From the NCBI GenBank assembly GCA_030390025.1, contig CM059425.1, positions 171,246,001 through 171,310,000 of the forward strand: DNA of 64,000 bases, written 5' to 3'. The DNA is from Squalus acanthias. Its lineage: Eukaryota. Both the position numbers and the translations under genes were made by a program. Shown one piece after another: positions 13,265 through 26,945 of the stretch; within the stretch, counting starts at the first letter, position 1, and every line of letters starts with the position of its first letter. Below the pieces are notes generated by a model, which made no database searches, was not told the DNA's origin, and saw only the letters and a program-made list of their open reading frames with translations.

Positions 13265-13706
13265 CCAGTCTCTCAGTGGTAGCACACTCGCCTCTGAGTC
13301 AGAAGGTTGTGGGTTCAAGTCCCACTCCAGACACTTGAGCACAAAAATCTAGGCTGACACTCCAGTGCAGTGCTGAGGGAGTGCTGCACTGTCGGAGGTG
13401 CCATCTTTCGGATGAGACATTAAACCGAGGACCCATCTGCCCTCTCAGGTGGACGTAAAAGATCCCATGGCACTATTTCGATGAAGAGCAGGGGAGTTAT
13501 CCTCGGTGTCCTGGCCAATCCCTCATTCAACATAACAAAAACAGATTATCTGGTCATTATCACATTGCTGTTTGTGGGAGCTTGCTACTGTGTTTCCTAC
13601 ATTGCAACAGCGACTACACTTCAAAAAAAAAAGTACTTCATTGGCTGTAAAGCACTTTGGGATGTCCGATGGTCGTGAAAGGCGTTATATAAATGCAAGT
13701 CTTTCT
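13265..13706 (+). mobile_element. SacSINE1-like DeuSINE
   Basis: tRNA-like head (tcagtggtagc...gggttcaagtccc), core gagggagtgctgcactgtcggaggtgcc, tail tatataaatgcaagtctttct. Confidence 0.85.
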
Positions 13707-14481
13707 TGGCCCATGACACAATAGGCATTTCAATCAAATAAACACTCATGCTGTTATATACCCCTTCAAAGTAGGAAACGCATCATTTCTTATCAAATCC
13801 TTCAGCCCAAAATTTACATCAACCTAAGAGAAATATTTATTTGTCATTAACAACCCCATTATTTATTTTGCAGCAGCTTACATTCCATTACCTTCTCCTA
13901 AGAACCCAATACTTTTCCTAATTCCTAGGAGCAGGTAAAAATGAGGCTACCTTCAAATGATGCTCTTACTCTGCTTTTATATTATACTAGCTGCAGTACA
14001 ACCAGTTGCAGGCATCTTCATACCTTTATGAGTTAATGGTAAGTGTTTTCCCTACAATAATATCTGTAAGTAAACTGTGCTGATAAAATTTGCTTTTAAA
14101 ATTCTAATTCCAATGTTGTGTCAGAATTGAGCTATATTTTGTTTGCTGTCCCTACTTTTCAATAAAACAAGAAGACTGCAGAAAAAATATTTAATTATAT
14201 TGCTAAATTTAATGTGAAAATTGTAAATTAGATTAAAATTTTGAAAAACAAACTTTTGCCAGTGTCATCTATCTTGCTGATGTGATGAGGCAGTGAGTGT
14301 GAGTGTGAGTGTGTAGTGGTCTGAGGGTAGTTTCCCCCCCACCCCGGCTCCTTGCTGATGGAAGTGCCTACGATGATTGCATTAAGCTTTCTCCAGAGCC
14401 TGGTAATAGTATGAAAGCAGCAGGGTAAGTGTAACAGAAATATTCTGCTTCACCCTCACAGTCAAACTTAAGGCACAATTA

Positions 14482-15170
14482 ATACAAAAGCAAAATACTG
14501 CAGATGCTGGAAATCTGAAATAAAAACAGGAAATGCTGGAAATACTCAGCAGATCAGGCAGCATCTGTGGAGAGTCAGAGTTAACATTTCAGGTCGATGA
14601 CCTTTCGTCAGAACTGGAAAAAGTTAGAGATAAAGCATGTTTTAAGCAAGTGCAGGGGCAGGGAATGGGGAGGGGAGGAAAGAACAAAAGGGAAGCTCTG
14701 TGAGAGGAGGGAAGGCAGGAGAGATTAAAAGACAAAAGGGATGATGGTGCGAGGCAAAAGGAGATGGTAATGGGACAAGTTAATAAACAAAAGACGAGTC
14801 TAGAAGAGGTGTAAATGGGAATGGCAGAATCATCAACAGCTGCCATGTGAAAAAGATAGGGGCCGAGGTTATAGTCTGAAATTGTTGAACTCGATGTTGA
14901 GTCCAGAAGGCTGTAAAGTGTCCAATCGAAAGATGAGGTGCTGTTCCTCGAGCTTACGTTGAGCTTCATTGGAACAGTGCAAGAGCCCGAGGACGGAGAG
15001 GTCAGAGTGGGAGTGGAGCGGAGAATTAAAGTGACAGGCGACCGGAAGCTCAGGGTTACACTTATGGACTGAATGGAGGTGTTCTGCAAAGCGGTCACCC
15101 AATCTGCGTTTGGTCTCCCCAATGTAGCGGAGACCACATCGTGAGTAGTGAATACAGTATAAAGTGAAAT
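14482..15170 (-). mobile_element. Penelope-like element 3' part (GIY-YIG) with terminal repeat region
   Basis: ORF 14869-15366 has YCIHYSRCGLRYIGETKRRLGDRFAEH...EEQHLIFRL. Confidence 0.85.
14579..14615 (-). ncRNA. Minimal type-I hammerhead ribozyme motif (Penelope-associated)
   Basis: Minus strand AGUU-CUGACGA-A-AGGUC-auc-GACCU-GAAA-UGUU-AACU. Confidence 0.7.
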
Positions 15171-16109
15171 GTAACCAGTTCAAGGCACAATTAATTTGGT
15201 ACTTGCAGAAATCCAGCACTAACTTGCCAACCATGCTGCTCAGAGCTTGAAGGTGCTTTAATATAAAATCAGTAAAAATAGGAGTTGTTCTCCTTCCAAT
15301 TTCTGAATAGATTGCCAGGCAGGAACAGATACTTCCATTGCACTGAAAAGGTTTCACACATTTCAAATCAGTTCTAGAAGAGACAGCAGGGAACTTAAAA
15401 TGTCAACACACTGTTCAGTGAAACAATACAATTGGATGTTTCAGATTTCCTGCTGCAACCTAAATGGGGACAGTGAATTTTGTTATCCTTGTCTACATTA
15501 TCCACTCCTGACTGATTACATTCCACTTGATATTTTCATGGTCCCAGCACGATTGAAATCACACTGTTCCATGGAGTATTTCATCATCTCTGTTTGTACT
15601 TACCAGTGTAACTTTCAATCCTTTTCTCAATGAGATATTCATCCAGCTCTTTTATGAAGGAGTTAATTGACAGCATGAAGCCGTTTTGATGGTATTCTAT
15701 TTAACATTGGCTACTACTTGGAGAAGAAAATCTCTTCTGATCTCCATTTAGCTTGAGGCTTGGCAGTTTTGAACTTGCGTCCTCTAGTTCTGTGATCACA
15801 GTTTAAAGTTATCTACAGATACAGCATTATCTATGGATTCAACATTTTAAAAACCGTGATCAAATTTCCTCTCAAACTTCAGTTCATCAAAGAAAATAAA
15901 TTTGATTTTAAGGATTTCATTTCACAAAAGTGTTTACAGGTCTGAAATCATCCTCGTCTATGAACACTCTCCAGTGCATTAATATCGTTTTGAAGGTGAG
16001 GCACACGGTATGTCAAATGTGCACCTGCCAATGAGTAATAGTGGGGGAAGATAAATTGTTTCAAATTATAGTCAAATGTTCTTGTGATACATTCCATACT
16101 TGCTTAGTC

Positions 16110-16510
16110 TAGTTTGACGTTATTTCCCATCTACATGCTGCCCCCCGGCGACATCATCCAAAGACACGATGCCAGGCTCCAAATGTACGCTGACAGCACC
16201 CAGCTCTACCTCAACACCACCTCTGTCAAATCCTCTACTGCCTCTGTGTTGTCAGACTGCTTGTCCAACATCTAGTCCTGGATGAGGTGACATTTCCTCC
16301 AATTAAATATTGGGAAGACCGAAGCCATTGACTTTGCCTCCCGCCACAAACTCTGTTCCCTCGCTACCGCGGTATTCCATCCCACTCCCTGGCCACTGTC
16401 TCAGGCTAAACCAGACTGTTTGCAACCTTAGCGTCCTATATGACCCTGAGCTGAGCTCTGACCCCATATCCTCTCCATCACAAAGACCGTCTACTTGCAC
16501 CTCTGTAAAT
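16110..16510 (+). mobile_element. L2-type LINE fragment
   Basis: IYMLP..DIIQRH, MYADSTQLY, FLQLNIGKTE, NLSVLYDPELS. Confidence 0.75.
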
Positions 16511-17705
16511 GATTTAAAAAAGAGGTACCCCTCAGGAAAGTGAATTTATACTTGTTGTAAAGAACCATTTCCAAGATCCTGTACAACTGTATCTTCTGAC
16601 ATCAATGTACTTCCTGATGAAGACCTGTATAATGGGAACAATGCAGTAAGTATGGACACCAAAAAGTAAACCACTGAGAGACGCCTGCCCATTTCATTCG
16701 CATTGCAAGGACAAACAAATGAAACACGTGGTTAATTCTCTATAAACCACCTGTCCATGATAATTATGTAATGCAGATGGTGATGTCATATCAAGTTGCC
16801 TGTGCAGATGGTGATGTCATATCAAAATGGTAAAGATCTCATGCCAATTTTTTAAACAATAAATCATTAAAGAGGGTACAATGGGTAACTAAACACTAGT
16901 TTCTCGACTGTTGTATAAAAAAAGTTCTGATGGTGAAGACATAAACTATAAATCACTGCTTATACAACACACGTGACATATAAATTGAGATTACATTCTT
17001 TCGCTCCAGTCATTGAAGCATGAAAAAGTCTGTTTGAACCTAAAATGGTTTTACATTTTATACTCACACCAGCTTTCTTGTTAGCAATAATGACTGGAAG
17101 AAAATGTGGATCAGATATTCTTGCATTCTTTCAGAGACTCCATTGAATTTTCCTTTTTAATTCATTCTTTTAAAGAAGACAAAAACTTTGACAAATAGGT
17201 TTCTATATTTCTATAAACTGTAGCAATCTTGGGAAAATCTCATTGAATTGCCTGCAGTGCATTTTCGGGTTGATGAACCCAGAGAATACAGGACATAAAG
17301 GTGCTGCCTGTGCTAACCCACTTTTAAAATAGTTCAACTCATAATGGTAATCACTGTGGTGCACTGTGAGATTATATTGACATCTTTTAATATTGACTAA
17401 GTTGTCTTTATTGAACTAGCAATTTTTCAGCATGTCTCAACTTGGCTATTAATAAACATCAAACAGCACTGTTCAGAGATAATACATGCAGAGCTACACT
17501 GTGGTAGCAGGCTGGGTGCACAGTGGGTTAATGCGCTGTTCCTTCATCTTCAAGCACGTATCCAGCCAAATTGGACTGGGTCAAAGTCTCCTCTCTCTGC
17601 TGTCTTTAAATGTCCTACAAGAAATGAGTTTGGGCAGTCTCGACCCATTCAACACTGGATGCAAAGCAATACCATAAACTGTACATGATTCGCACAAATG
17701 GTTGT

Positions 17706-18174
17706 GTCAGCCGTGGCTCAGTTTGTAGCACTCTCGCCTCTGAGTCATAAGGTTGTGGGTTCAGGTCCCATTCCAGAGACTTGAGCACAAAAAAAATCTA
17801 GGCTGACACTCCAGTGCAGTACTGAGGGAGTGCTGCACTGTCAGAGGTGCCGTTTTTCGGATGAGATGTTAAACCGAGGCCCTGTCTGCCATCTCAGGTG
17901 GACATAAAAGATCCCACGGCACTATTTCGAAGAAGAGCAGCGGAGTTATCCCTGGTGTCTTGACGAATATTTATCCCTCAATCAACATCACTAAAAAACA
18001 GATTATCTGGTCATTATCACATTGCTGTTTGTGGGAGCTTGCTGTGCACAAATTGGCTGCCTTATTTCCTACATTACAACAGTGACTACACTTCAAAAGT
18101 ACTTCATTGGCTGTAAAGTGCTTTGGGATGTCCTGAGGTCATGAAGGCACTATATAAATGCAAGTCTTTCTTTC
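17706..18174 (+). mobile_element. SacSINE1-like DeuSINE
   Basis: Full head, core and tail as at 13265. Confidence 0.9.
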
Positions 18175-18799
18175 AAATTGACATTAAGCTGGTAATATCA
18201 AACAGCCCATAATGGTGGCTGGTGTGGAAAGTGGAAAAAATGTCATTGCAGTGGGAGGTCAGAAATAAAGCACAGTCAGGCAACATAGAAAATAAATGTT
18301 CTGTAGCATCTAGGCATATTGAAGGGCAGGCTGTCCTGAGAGGGGTATAACTGATGAAAGTGTTCCATTCTCAAACATGGCTATCTTAACAATCATAAAA
18401 ATTCACAATGTTTTTTTAAAATTGAAATCTTGAGCAGTAACATGGACTACTTAGATTTTCCACTTCAGCAGGAATCCCACAGAAACTGTGGTAGGATAGG
18501 CTTTGTGCCCACCTGTGGCTCCCAACATTGACTTGGTGGATTTTCTGGCATCACCTTCATTTGCATAACTTTGGCCAGATCTTAGCAAGAATTCCAGTTA
18601 CCAAGGTACCCGTGTCGGGGGAGAAGGAATATTGTTGCTGCAAGCCCTGAGTACTGATGTCTCCAGACCAGCTGAAAAAGTAATCTCTGTTTTTCATGTT
18701 AAAATTGGTGCACTGGTCAAATCCATTAGATTGCTATATAACTGACTGCACTCAGCTTGTGGTCCATTTAAAATTTAAGCCCCCCCCCCCCCTTATTTA

Positions 18800-19540
18800 C
18801 AAGGGCAAGTGGAGTCAGAGGACAAATAGCTGAATGGATTGCAAATTGGCTAAAAAATAAGAGCAGAGTGGAGTGGAGGAAGGTATAAAATGGTATTTCA
18901 CAAAGATCAGTGCTGGACCACTGTTATTCATAATTTATATTAATGATTTGGATTTAGTAATAAGTAACTCAATATCAAAATTTGCAGATGATACCAAACT
19001 GGGGGTTATAGCTAACACTGAGGAAGAATGCAACATTGTACAAGAAGACATTAGGAAACTTGCAGACAGGGTAGTTAAGTGACAAATGAACTTTAATATA
19101 AATGTGAGGTGATGCACTTTGGTAGAAAAAACAGAAACATTACCTACACCTCAGAAAATAACAAACTGAATAAGGTCATGAGCAAAGGGATCTAGGGATA
19201 CAGGTGAACAAATCATTAAAAGCAGCATCACACATCAGCAAAGCAATTAAAAATGCTAACAAAGCACTGGGATTTATTTCTAGGGGTATAGAATTCAAAA
19301 GTAGTGAAATTATGTTAAACTTGTATAGGACCCTGGTCAGACCGCACTGCGAGTACTGTGCACAGTTGTGGTCTCCATACTATAAAAAGGACATAGAAGC
19401 ACAGGCAAAAGTGCAAAAACATTTACAAGGGTGGTACCAGAACTCAGAGGTTACAGCTATCGGGAAAGATTGAACAGGTTGGGGCTTTTCTCTTTAGAAA
19501 AGAGAAGGCCGAGAGGAGACCTGATAGAGGTCTTTAAAAA
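18800..19540 (+). mobile_element. Degenerate CR1 fragment
   Basis: [31 protein letters not shown]. Confidence 0.85.
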
Positions 19541-19544
19541 AATG

Positions 19545-20118
19545 TTTTTTATTCGTTCACAGCAAGGCCAGCATTTATTGCCTACCCCTAATTGCCCTGG
19601 AGAAGGTGGTGGGGAGCCGCCTTCTTGAACCGCTGCAGTCCATGTGGTGAAGGTACTCCCACAGTGCTGTTAGGGAGTTCGAGGATTTTGACCCAGCGAC
19701 TATGAAGGGACGGCGATATATTTCCAAGTCAGGATGGTGTGTGACTTGGAGGGGAACTTGCAGGTGGTGTTCCCATGTGCCTGTTGCCTTTGTCCTTCTA
19801 GGTGGAAGAGGTTGCGGGTTTGGGAAATGCTGCCGAAGAAGCCTTGGCGAGTTGCTGCAGTGCATCTTGTAGATGGTACATACTGCAGCCACGGTATGCC
19901 GGTGGTGGAGAGAGTGAATGTATAAGGTGGTGGATGGGGTGCCAATCAAGTGGGCTGCTTTGTCCTGGATGGTGTCGAGCTTCTTGAGTGTTGTTGGAGC
20001 TGCACTCATCCAGGCAAGTGGAGAGTATTCCATCACACTCCTGACTTGTGCCTTGTAGATGGTAGAAAGGCTTTGGGGAATCAGGAGGTGAGGCACTCAT
20101 CGCAGAATATCCAGCCTC
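19545..20118 (-). mobile_element. 3' fragment of the same LINE family as 5246-6885
   Basis: Closely matches 5256-5830. Confidence 0.85.
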
Positions 20119-21359
20119 AATAGTCAGCAAACCAGACCCAACAGTGATAGTTATAGACCAATGATCCATTAGTTTATGTAGTGAAATAAATACATGAATA
20201 CAAAATTGCAACAACGTCCTACTAGAGATGCTTTCGGAAATGGTGTTTATTGGACAGTCTTCATGTAACAAATTAATAAGTAATTTCCAACATTTATTTT
20301 CTCACCGTGTATGACTGTGATTTTACAAGATACAGTTTACAGTTTATTTTCATTGAACACCTCTCTGGTAAAATAAATCAAATTTACAGTGTGGGAAAAA
20401 AAAAATCTATGGATAAGAAAATGTCCAAAGTCACTTGGAAAGTCAACATTTGTTGAGAACCAAAGAAAACATGAAATGAGAAAAGGCCAGCCAGCCCATC
20501 AAGCATTCCTTCCACAAATCATGTACAACCTGTTCTATTATGGATAATACCAAATCCAATTAGTCTCCTGAACAAAAGTTCTATAAAGTTCTCCCTTTCT
20601 TCCCCCTAAAGGTAAATTAAGTGAAACCTCAGAGTACCTGACATTAAACCCTATATTATTTATCCTTGTCCAGTTGCCACGACATTCCATTGTCTCAGCA
20701 GAACAGGAGCCATCATGTCCCATTAATCATCTCTGTCAGTGCTCATCATTATAACTCTCAATCGCATTCCTAACCGGATACTTATACAGCTCTTTTTTTT
20801 TTAAGTGTTACCAACACTTCATCATTTGAGAATCTAGTCCAGATATCCACTAATTGGATGGGAAATCCTTCTAATCTCAAACCTTGCTTAAGGCTGTGTT
20901 AAAGTTAACTGTATGGGAATGAAAATTGTGGGTATACTTATTCCATTAAATGAAGAGTCTCAATAAACAGTAAGTATCAATTTGCCACGCAACATAGAAG
21001 TTTTTATTGAATTACTTGGAAATTGTATGTGCATCTTGAAGATTAGGGCTCGCCTCCTTATCTGCTTGCATATTTTTATGCAAGGCATATCCATTATGCT
21101 TACTCTGCAGTGTCAACTGAAATAATAAAGCAGGAGGAAGAGAAGCAGAAATAACATAACACAAAACATGGCCAAAAGAACAGAGGACGTTTTTTGTCAA
21201 TAGAGCTAGGTACAAGAGTTCAGACAAGACGTCTGAAAGTACATTTAGAGTCTCTGTTTTCTGAGGAAAATCAACCATTTTAAATGCTGAAAAGATGGGC
21301 TTTTCACATATATCTTGCATTTAGGGTACGTATTTTTTAGCATCTTTCAAAATGTATGG

Positions 21360-24300
21360 TTTTGAGATTATGTATAAAACTTTATTGTACAGTCCCTAAA
21401 CTGGATTTTATTTATTACTATTAGAGAAATGTATGAAATCATGGAACATTCAAAACTCTAAAAGGGAAAAAAATTCTGGGGGGTACTTTCTGTTGAAAGG
21501 ACTTCCACTTCTCAATCTGAAAATAATACAACTATAAAAAAGATATGGCACATGCATTGAAATACCATCAAATTTACTGCCTGATAGAGACCTGTCAATT
21601 GTCATCTTTTCTCCTGAGCTGTTCTGACTACTTCAATTACAGGAAACAGCCACTTGCACCCCATAGTGCTCCATTCATTTCAATGGGAGTCGGTATTTCA
21701 GTTTGACCTGAGCCAGCCAGCCAGCCCTGAGGGAAAAACACGGCTGGCTGGGTACTGCTGTATACTCAGCCAAGAATGGATGGTACTAGAATGGAGAGAT
21801 TACAGCTATTTGGAAAGATTGAACAGGTCGGGGCTTTTTTCTTTAGAAAAGAGAAGACATAAAGGTGACCTGATAAAGGTATTTAAAATTATGAATGGGA
21901 TAGACAGGGTAGATGTGGAGAGAATGTTTCCACCTGTGGGAGAATCCAAAACTAGGAGCCATAAATACAAGATAGTTACTAATAAATCCAACAGGGCAAT
22001 AAGGAGAAATTTCTTTACTCCGAGAATGGTTAGAATGTGGAACTCGCTACCACAGGCAGTGGTTGAGGCAAATAGCTTAGATGCTTTCAAAAGGAACTAG
22101 ACGACGACATGAGTGAAAAGGGAATAGTAAGATATCATGAAAGGCTGAGATGAGGTAGATGGAATGGGAGGAGACTCGTGTGGAGTATAAACACCAGCAC
22201 AGACTAGTTGGGCCGAATGGCCTGTTTCTGTGCTGCATATTCTACGTAATTTTATGTAAAGAGAGAGCTTGCTAAGCTCAGCTGACTCTGAACTGACTCT
22301 CAGTCCCACGTGACTCCACTGACATGAGTAGGTTACTCCAAGATGCAGGAGGCCCCTCCCTACAACTGAAAGTATTGGAGCAGCAAGGAGCTGAGGAGAT
22401 CCAAGATGGTGAGATTCTCTCGAAGCAACAAATGTTAATGCAAGTACCAGATAATTTTATAACTATTATTCCTATTCAGATAGGAAGGGTGCAGGGGAGT
22501 ACTTTTAATAGTATTCCAAGTCGTTCCTTCCCTTTAATCAGCAGCCTTTGCTGATTGAGCTGAAGGTGTGTAATGTTGGCTGTTGTGTATCCCAGTCAAA
22601 ACATTACCGAAGGGTTAAAGCACTTGTCACAGAAATGTTGCAAAATACTTTATGTTGGTGCATTCTCCAAATTAAATCATCTCCGTCAGCTGTGAACTCC
22701 AAAATTCTTCAACACATTCTAACACAGAATTAAACAGAAAGATACAATATTGGGAAATGGCGGTGTCTCAGACAGAAAATGAGACAACTCTTCTAGACTT
22801 GAGAAAAATCAATCTAATGGAAAATTGACAAACTTGTTTAACGAGTCTGCACAGGATCTGAGACACGACCCACAGAGACCTCCAGTTAGACACACTACGC
22901 AGCTACTGTCAGTTATCTTAATCTGCTCAATTACTGTATGGGCTCTCAAAGGCGGCATTTACCAAACATCACTTAAATTGCCTTTTCTTTCTCCTTCGTG
23001 CCTTCTCCTTACTTTTAGCACAGTCACGGAACATTAAAGCAGATCCTCCGGCTGGCTGTACAATTTGTATTCCAGAACTACTGTATACATTTAAAACACA
23101 CTCACACACACATCCTCTTTTACATTCCTAGGTTTCCCTGTAAAATGGTTTACACCCTGTTGAACCCTTTATTTTTAAACATACATAGGTTCACACACTG
23201 CATACTACTTTTTCTTGACATCTGATGACATAATTAATTATCATATGCAAGTAAGAAAGAATTGTACACTTATTCTGTATTCTGAAGGTTGATCACTTTG
23301 GTCAGAAACTGAAGGCCAAAACACTGAACTTCTTGGCTTTTGAATTTGAAACACAACATAATGTGTACAGACTTTTTCACAGGAGAAGTTCATTTAATGA
23401 CAAGTATTAAATAACGCAATAATCCAGCGTTATTTTGTCAACTTTAACTATTACCTTTCAGAACACTTTCTTCTACTAAATAATTAATAAAGTGTTCAGG
23501 CATGATATTTACAACAATTGCATAACTGGCAAAAGTTAGTTTTATTTTGCTTTGACCATGTTATAAAAAGTATGTCTTACACAAGCTAGTTATTAACAAC
23601 TGTGTATGTAGAAAAAGAACATACAAACAGTAACAAAATACGTCAGTCATTATTGTACATGCTGGCCACAGTTAAAGTCCAAATTCAGGGGAAAAACACT
23701 CCATTTATTCTTCTGCCTACAGTGAAATTTTAACCGGGTCGTTGCTAGTCTTTATCATCAGTAGTAATTGATTATTTCAAGGATGAATGAAGCTTAATAA
23801 AACGGAACTCAGATTTTTAACCAAGCTTATAATAAAATGAGATGTAATCTTAACAGAGATTATCTAAGAGAGGAGTTGTTGAACAAGAGTATAACTAGAT
23901 GAATTTAGCAGATTACTGTCACACCTGAAAAATCCTATTACATCTATTAGGAGCTCAGATGTAGCAATGAGCAGAAAGTGGGTTGGGGAGGAGACATATC
24001 TTTTACTTTAAACTTTCTGAATATACATTTCAATAGATTTGATTACAGCTGTTTCAAAGAAACAAAAAAGACAGCTAGTATCAAATGATTCATAAAATAA
24101 AACTACTTTGGGCTAGAAACCATACCTGCCCCCAATTATTATTATTTTTTAAAAACTCCTTCCATGGATATATGAAAATCCATGATTTCAATCTTCAAAG
24201 AGCAAAGATTGTCGAAACAGGAACATAAAAAGGAAAAGTACTGTCTTTTGTGGTTATAAGTTCAGTCCAGCATAGCCTACTGCTTGTGATTTCTCTTGCA

Positions 24301-24373
24301 CTCACTCTTTACATTACTGTATTTAAGAATTACAAGAACCACAAAGTGAGTTTACAGCAGATTCTTCACAGCA
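21360..24373 (-). other. FBXL17: Putative FBXL17 3' UTR; extent uncertain
   Basis: AT-rich, mostly unique sequence after the stop; minus-strand AATAAA at 23541-23546, 23168-23173 and TGTACAATAAA at 21381-21391. Confidence 0.45.
21780..22255 (+). mobile_element. CR1 3' fragment
   Basis: SYLERLNRSGLFSLEKRR..RNFFTPRMVRMWNSLP plus 3' UTR. Confidence 0.85.
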
Positions 24374-24511
24374 TTATGATGCCGTTGATGTATTAGGAAT
24401 CCACCCCATCTGATAGGCTCGTTCTAGTGTCCGCTTGCAGTCTTGCATCACAGTGCTGAATGTGATATGTGGATATTCTTGAACTAGACGTTCCACTGTG
24501 TCTTCATTCAC
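24374..24511 (-). CDS. FBXL17: Terminal coding exon of F-box/LRR-repeat protein 17
   Basis: Acceptor tgtgttttatag then phase-0 VNEDTVERLVQEYPHITFSTVMQDCKRTLERAYQMGWIPNTSTAS*; matches my recall of human FBXL17 C-terminus; absent from ORF track. Confidence 0.9.
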   Translation of the reverse strand: MNEDTVERLVQEYPHITFSTVMQDCKRTLERAYQMGWIPNTSTAS

Positions 24512-25119
24512 CTATAAAACACAGATTTCAAGATGGAAGAATTAAAGTCTAGCTTTTCCCTCACATTTCACCTCTACTCATGATGCAGGTCAGATCTACA
24601 GACAATGGCAGCTCTCCAATATCTCATCCAGATGGTCATTCTTCAGTTATGAACCAGACAGTGACGGTCAGCAGCTATTTTAGTGCAACACCACAGCCCA
24701 GTCCAATCCTGCCCATAACCGACATCTACGGGTGCACATTTTCCATTGGCGTCACTGGGTATAGATTAGGAATTAAAATCTTGGCCAATTTGTCCCTTCG
24801 GCAGCATGACAGCATTGAGACAACTAGTATCTTCACTACAGCCCATCTAATATCAGCTAGCACAGCACTGCCTGAGGATTGAGCCTGTGACATTCCTGGT
24901 ATTATATTACATAGTGCATATACCCACTGAGCCACCAGGATTATGGTGTCAAGTATATTCAACCAATGTGATGAAGTATCAAATTAATAATTGACAGGAC
25001 TGTAAATAAGGAAATATAATAGAGCCCACACAGCCAAACAGAGAATATTCAATTCTCAGGGTGAGGAAGCCTGATGACATTGTTGTAATACCTGTAATTA
25101 CATTTTTGTAACAGTTTGA

Positions 25120-25293
25120 AAATCACAGCTTCATGGTCATTTTTACTGATATCAGCTTTTGATTTCCAGATTTTTTTTAAAAGTGAATTCAAATTCTCAA
25201 ATTGCCAAAGTGGGATTTGAACTCACATTCTTTGGAATATTAGTCCAGGCCTCTGGATTACTAGTCCAGAAACATAACCACAATACCATACCC
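25120..25293 (-). mobile_element. tRNA-head SINE fragment (family of 41780-42258)
   Basis: Shares gggatttgaa...ctggattactagtccag.aacataacca. Confidence 0.7.
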
Positions 25294-26209
25294 CATATTG
25301 GGTCTCAGACAATTTAGCGACCACCCACTCATTTTCTTTACCACATGTTTAACGTTTACCTGCCTATTAGTGTATAATTTTAAAGTCAAGACAGCAACCT
25401 ATTTTTCCTATTTAAAATAATTTACATGTTAATGCATAATTTGCAGCCTGTGCCCTCATTTGCACCTTGGAGATGTTAAACTATTAATTGTTCACCTAAA
25501 TTGGGCCATCTTAACACCTCATTTTTCAATGTCTACAATAGTCTTGCCAATGTCATTAAAACAATCAGAGCTCTTAACCTGTACTATTACTTAAAATATA
25601 AAAACAAATTTTCAACAGAACCATACTTCATGTGGAATTGTATAAGGTGAATGGTCTTGGTAAATGTAAAATCAGTTATATACTTAACAGGAGTGTGTTA
25701 TATAAGGGCAGTCATAAATCATTCCCCAAAACCTTGTCTGGGAATGTTCATACATACAATTTTAGCACCTATATTTATCCTTATTAACCACTAGTCAATA
25801 TCTTCTACTGCGCTGATTTTTTTTGATGAGGTGAAGCGCTTACAATTGTGCATATGTTATCACACCCTTCTAAGATAGGAACAGTGGACAGAATGTGTGT
25901 TGCTAGCTTATGGTAGAATGAATGAATTAGTTCCCATCAACTAAATATGGTGACCCGATTTGTAATATAGTGCAATTATATTGTTGAACTGCTTCCCGAA
26001 ATGGCTCTGCAATGCTGGTTTTTGCACCTGTTCCTGTAGAAACTGTTCTATTTGTAAAACAGTGTTATTTGAGAGTCGGAAAAGGTTTGTTGCCAAATGG
26101 CTGGGAAAGTTAAACCTCTTCACTGTCTGAATGAGCCGTGAATGAAGACTTTCAGTTGTTGTTTGCTATTGGCCAAAAAGCATAATGGGCTCTGGCATTA
26201 ACCAACTCC

Positions 26210-26945
26210 ACATTGATGCTGATTGGCTAAAGGATAGAAAACAACAGGAACTAGTTGCAGAAGTAATATTGGGGGTTGGAGAGGGAGAGTGCTGAGTAAA
26301 GTGCCCCAGAGGTTGGTATTGGACCATGACTGTTACGAATTTACATCAATCACGTGCATTCAGAAACACAAGACAGACTTGTGAAATTTGCAGATGATAC
26401 CAAACTAGGAAGGGCAGTTGATTTTGAGGATGCATCTCAAAATATAAATGAGTTGGATAAAATATGTAAGTGGGCAGAACAATGGCAGATGAAATTTAAT
26501 ATGGACAAGTGTAAAGTACTGCACATTGGAAGGTAAAATGGGCCACGCACACACTCCATGAATGGTGTTGAAATAGCTGACAGTGAAATTGAAAGAGATC
26601 TAGGGATCTTAGTAGACATGGTGGTCAACATGTCCAGTCAATAAGAAGCAGCAATCAACAATGCAAATAAAAAGCTGAACTACATAGCCAGAAAACAGTC
26701 GAATACAAGTGACAAGAAGTTCTGATCGAACTGTACAGTATTCTGGTCAGACTGCACCTTGAGTATTGTACTCAGTTCTGGTTACTCAAACACAAGGGAG
26801 ACTTGTTGCAAGTACTGGAGGCAGTGCAGAGAAGAGTCATGAGGCTGATTCCTAGTGCAAGATCTGAGATAGGAGAGATGGGAGAAACTTGGATCTGTCA
26901 GCCTTGAAAGCAAGTGACTGAGAAGTGATCGTATAGACATATATA
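26210..26945 (+). mobile_element. Old CR1 fragment
   Basis: [27 protein letters not shown]. Confidence 0.8.

Noticed and set aside
13270..13330. tRNA-like A/B boxes (also 17715, 29995, 57880, 63043)
   Set aside because: SINE heads, not complete cloverleafs
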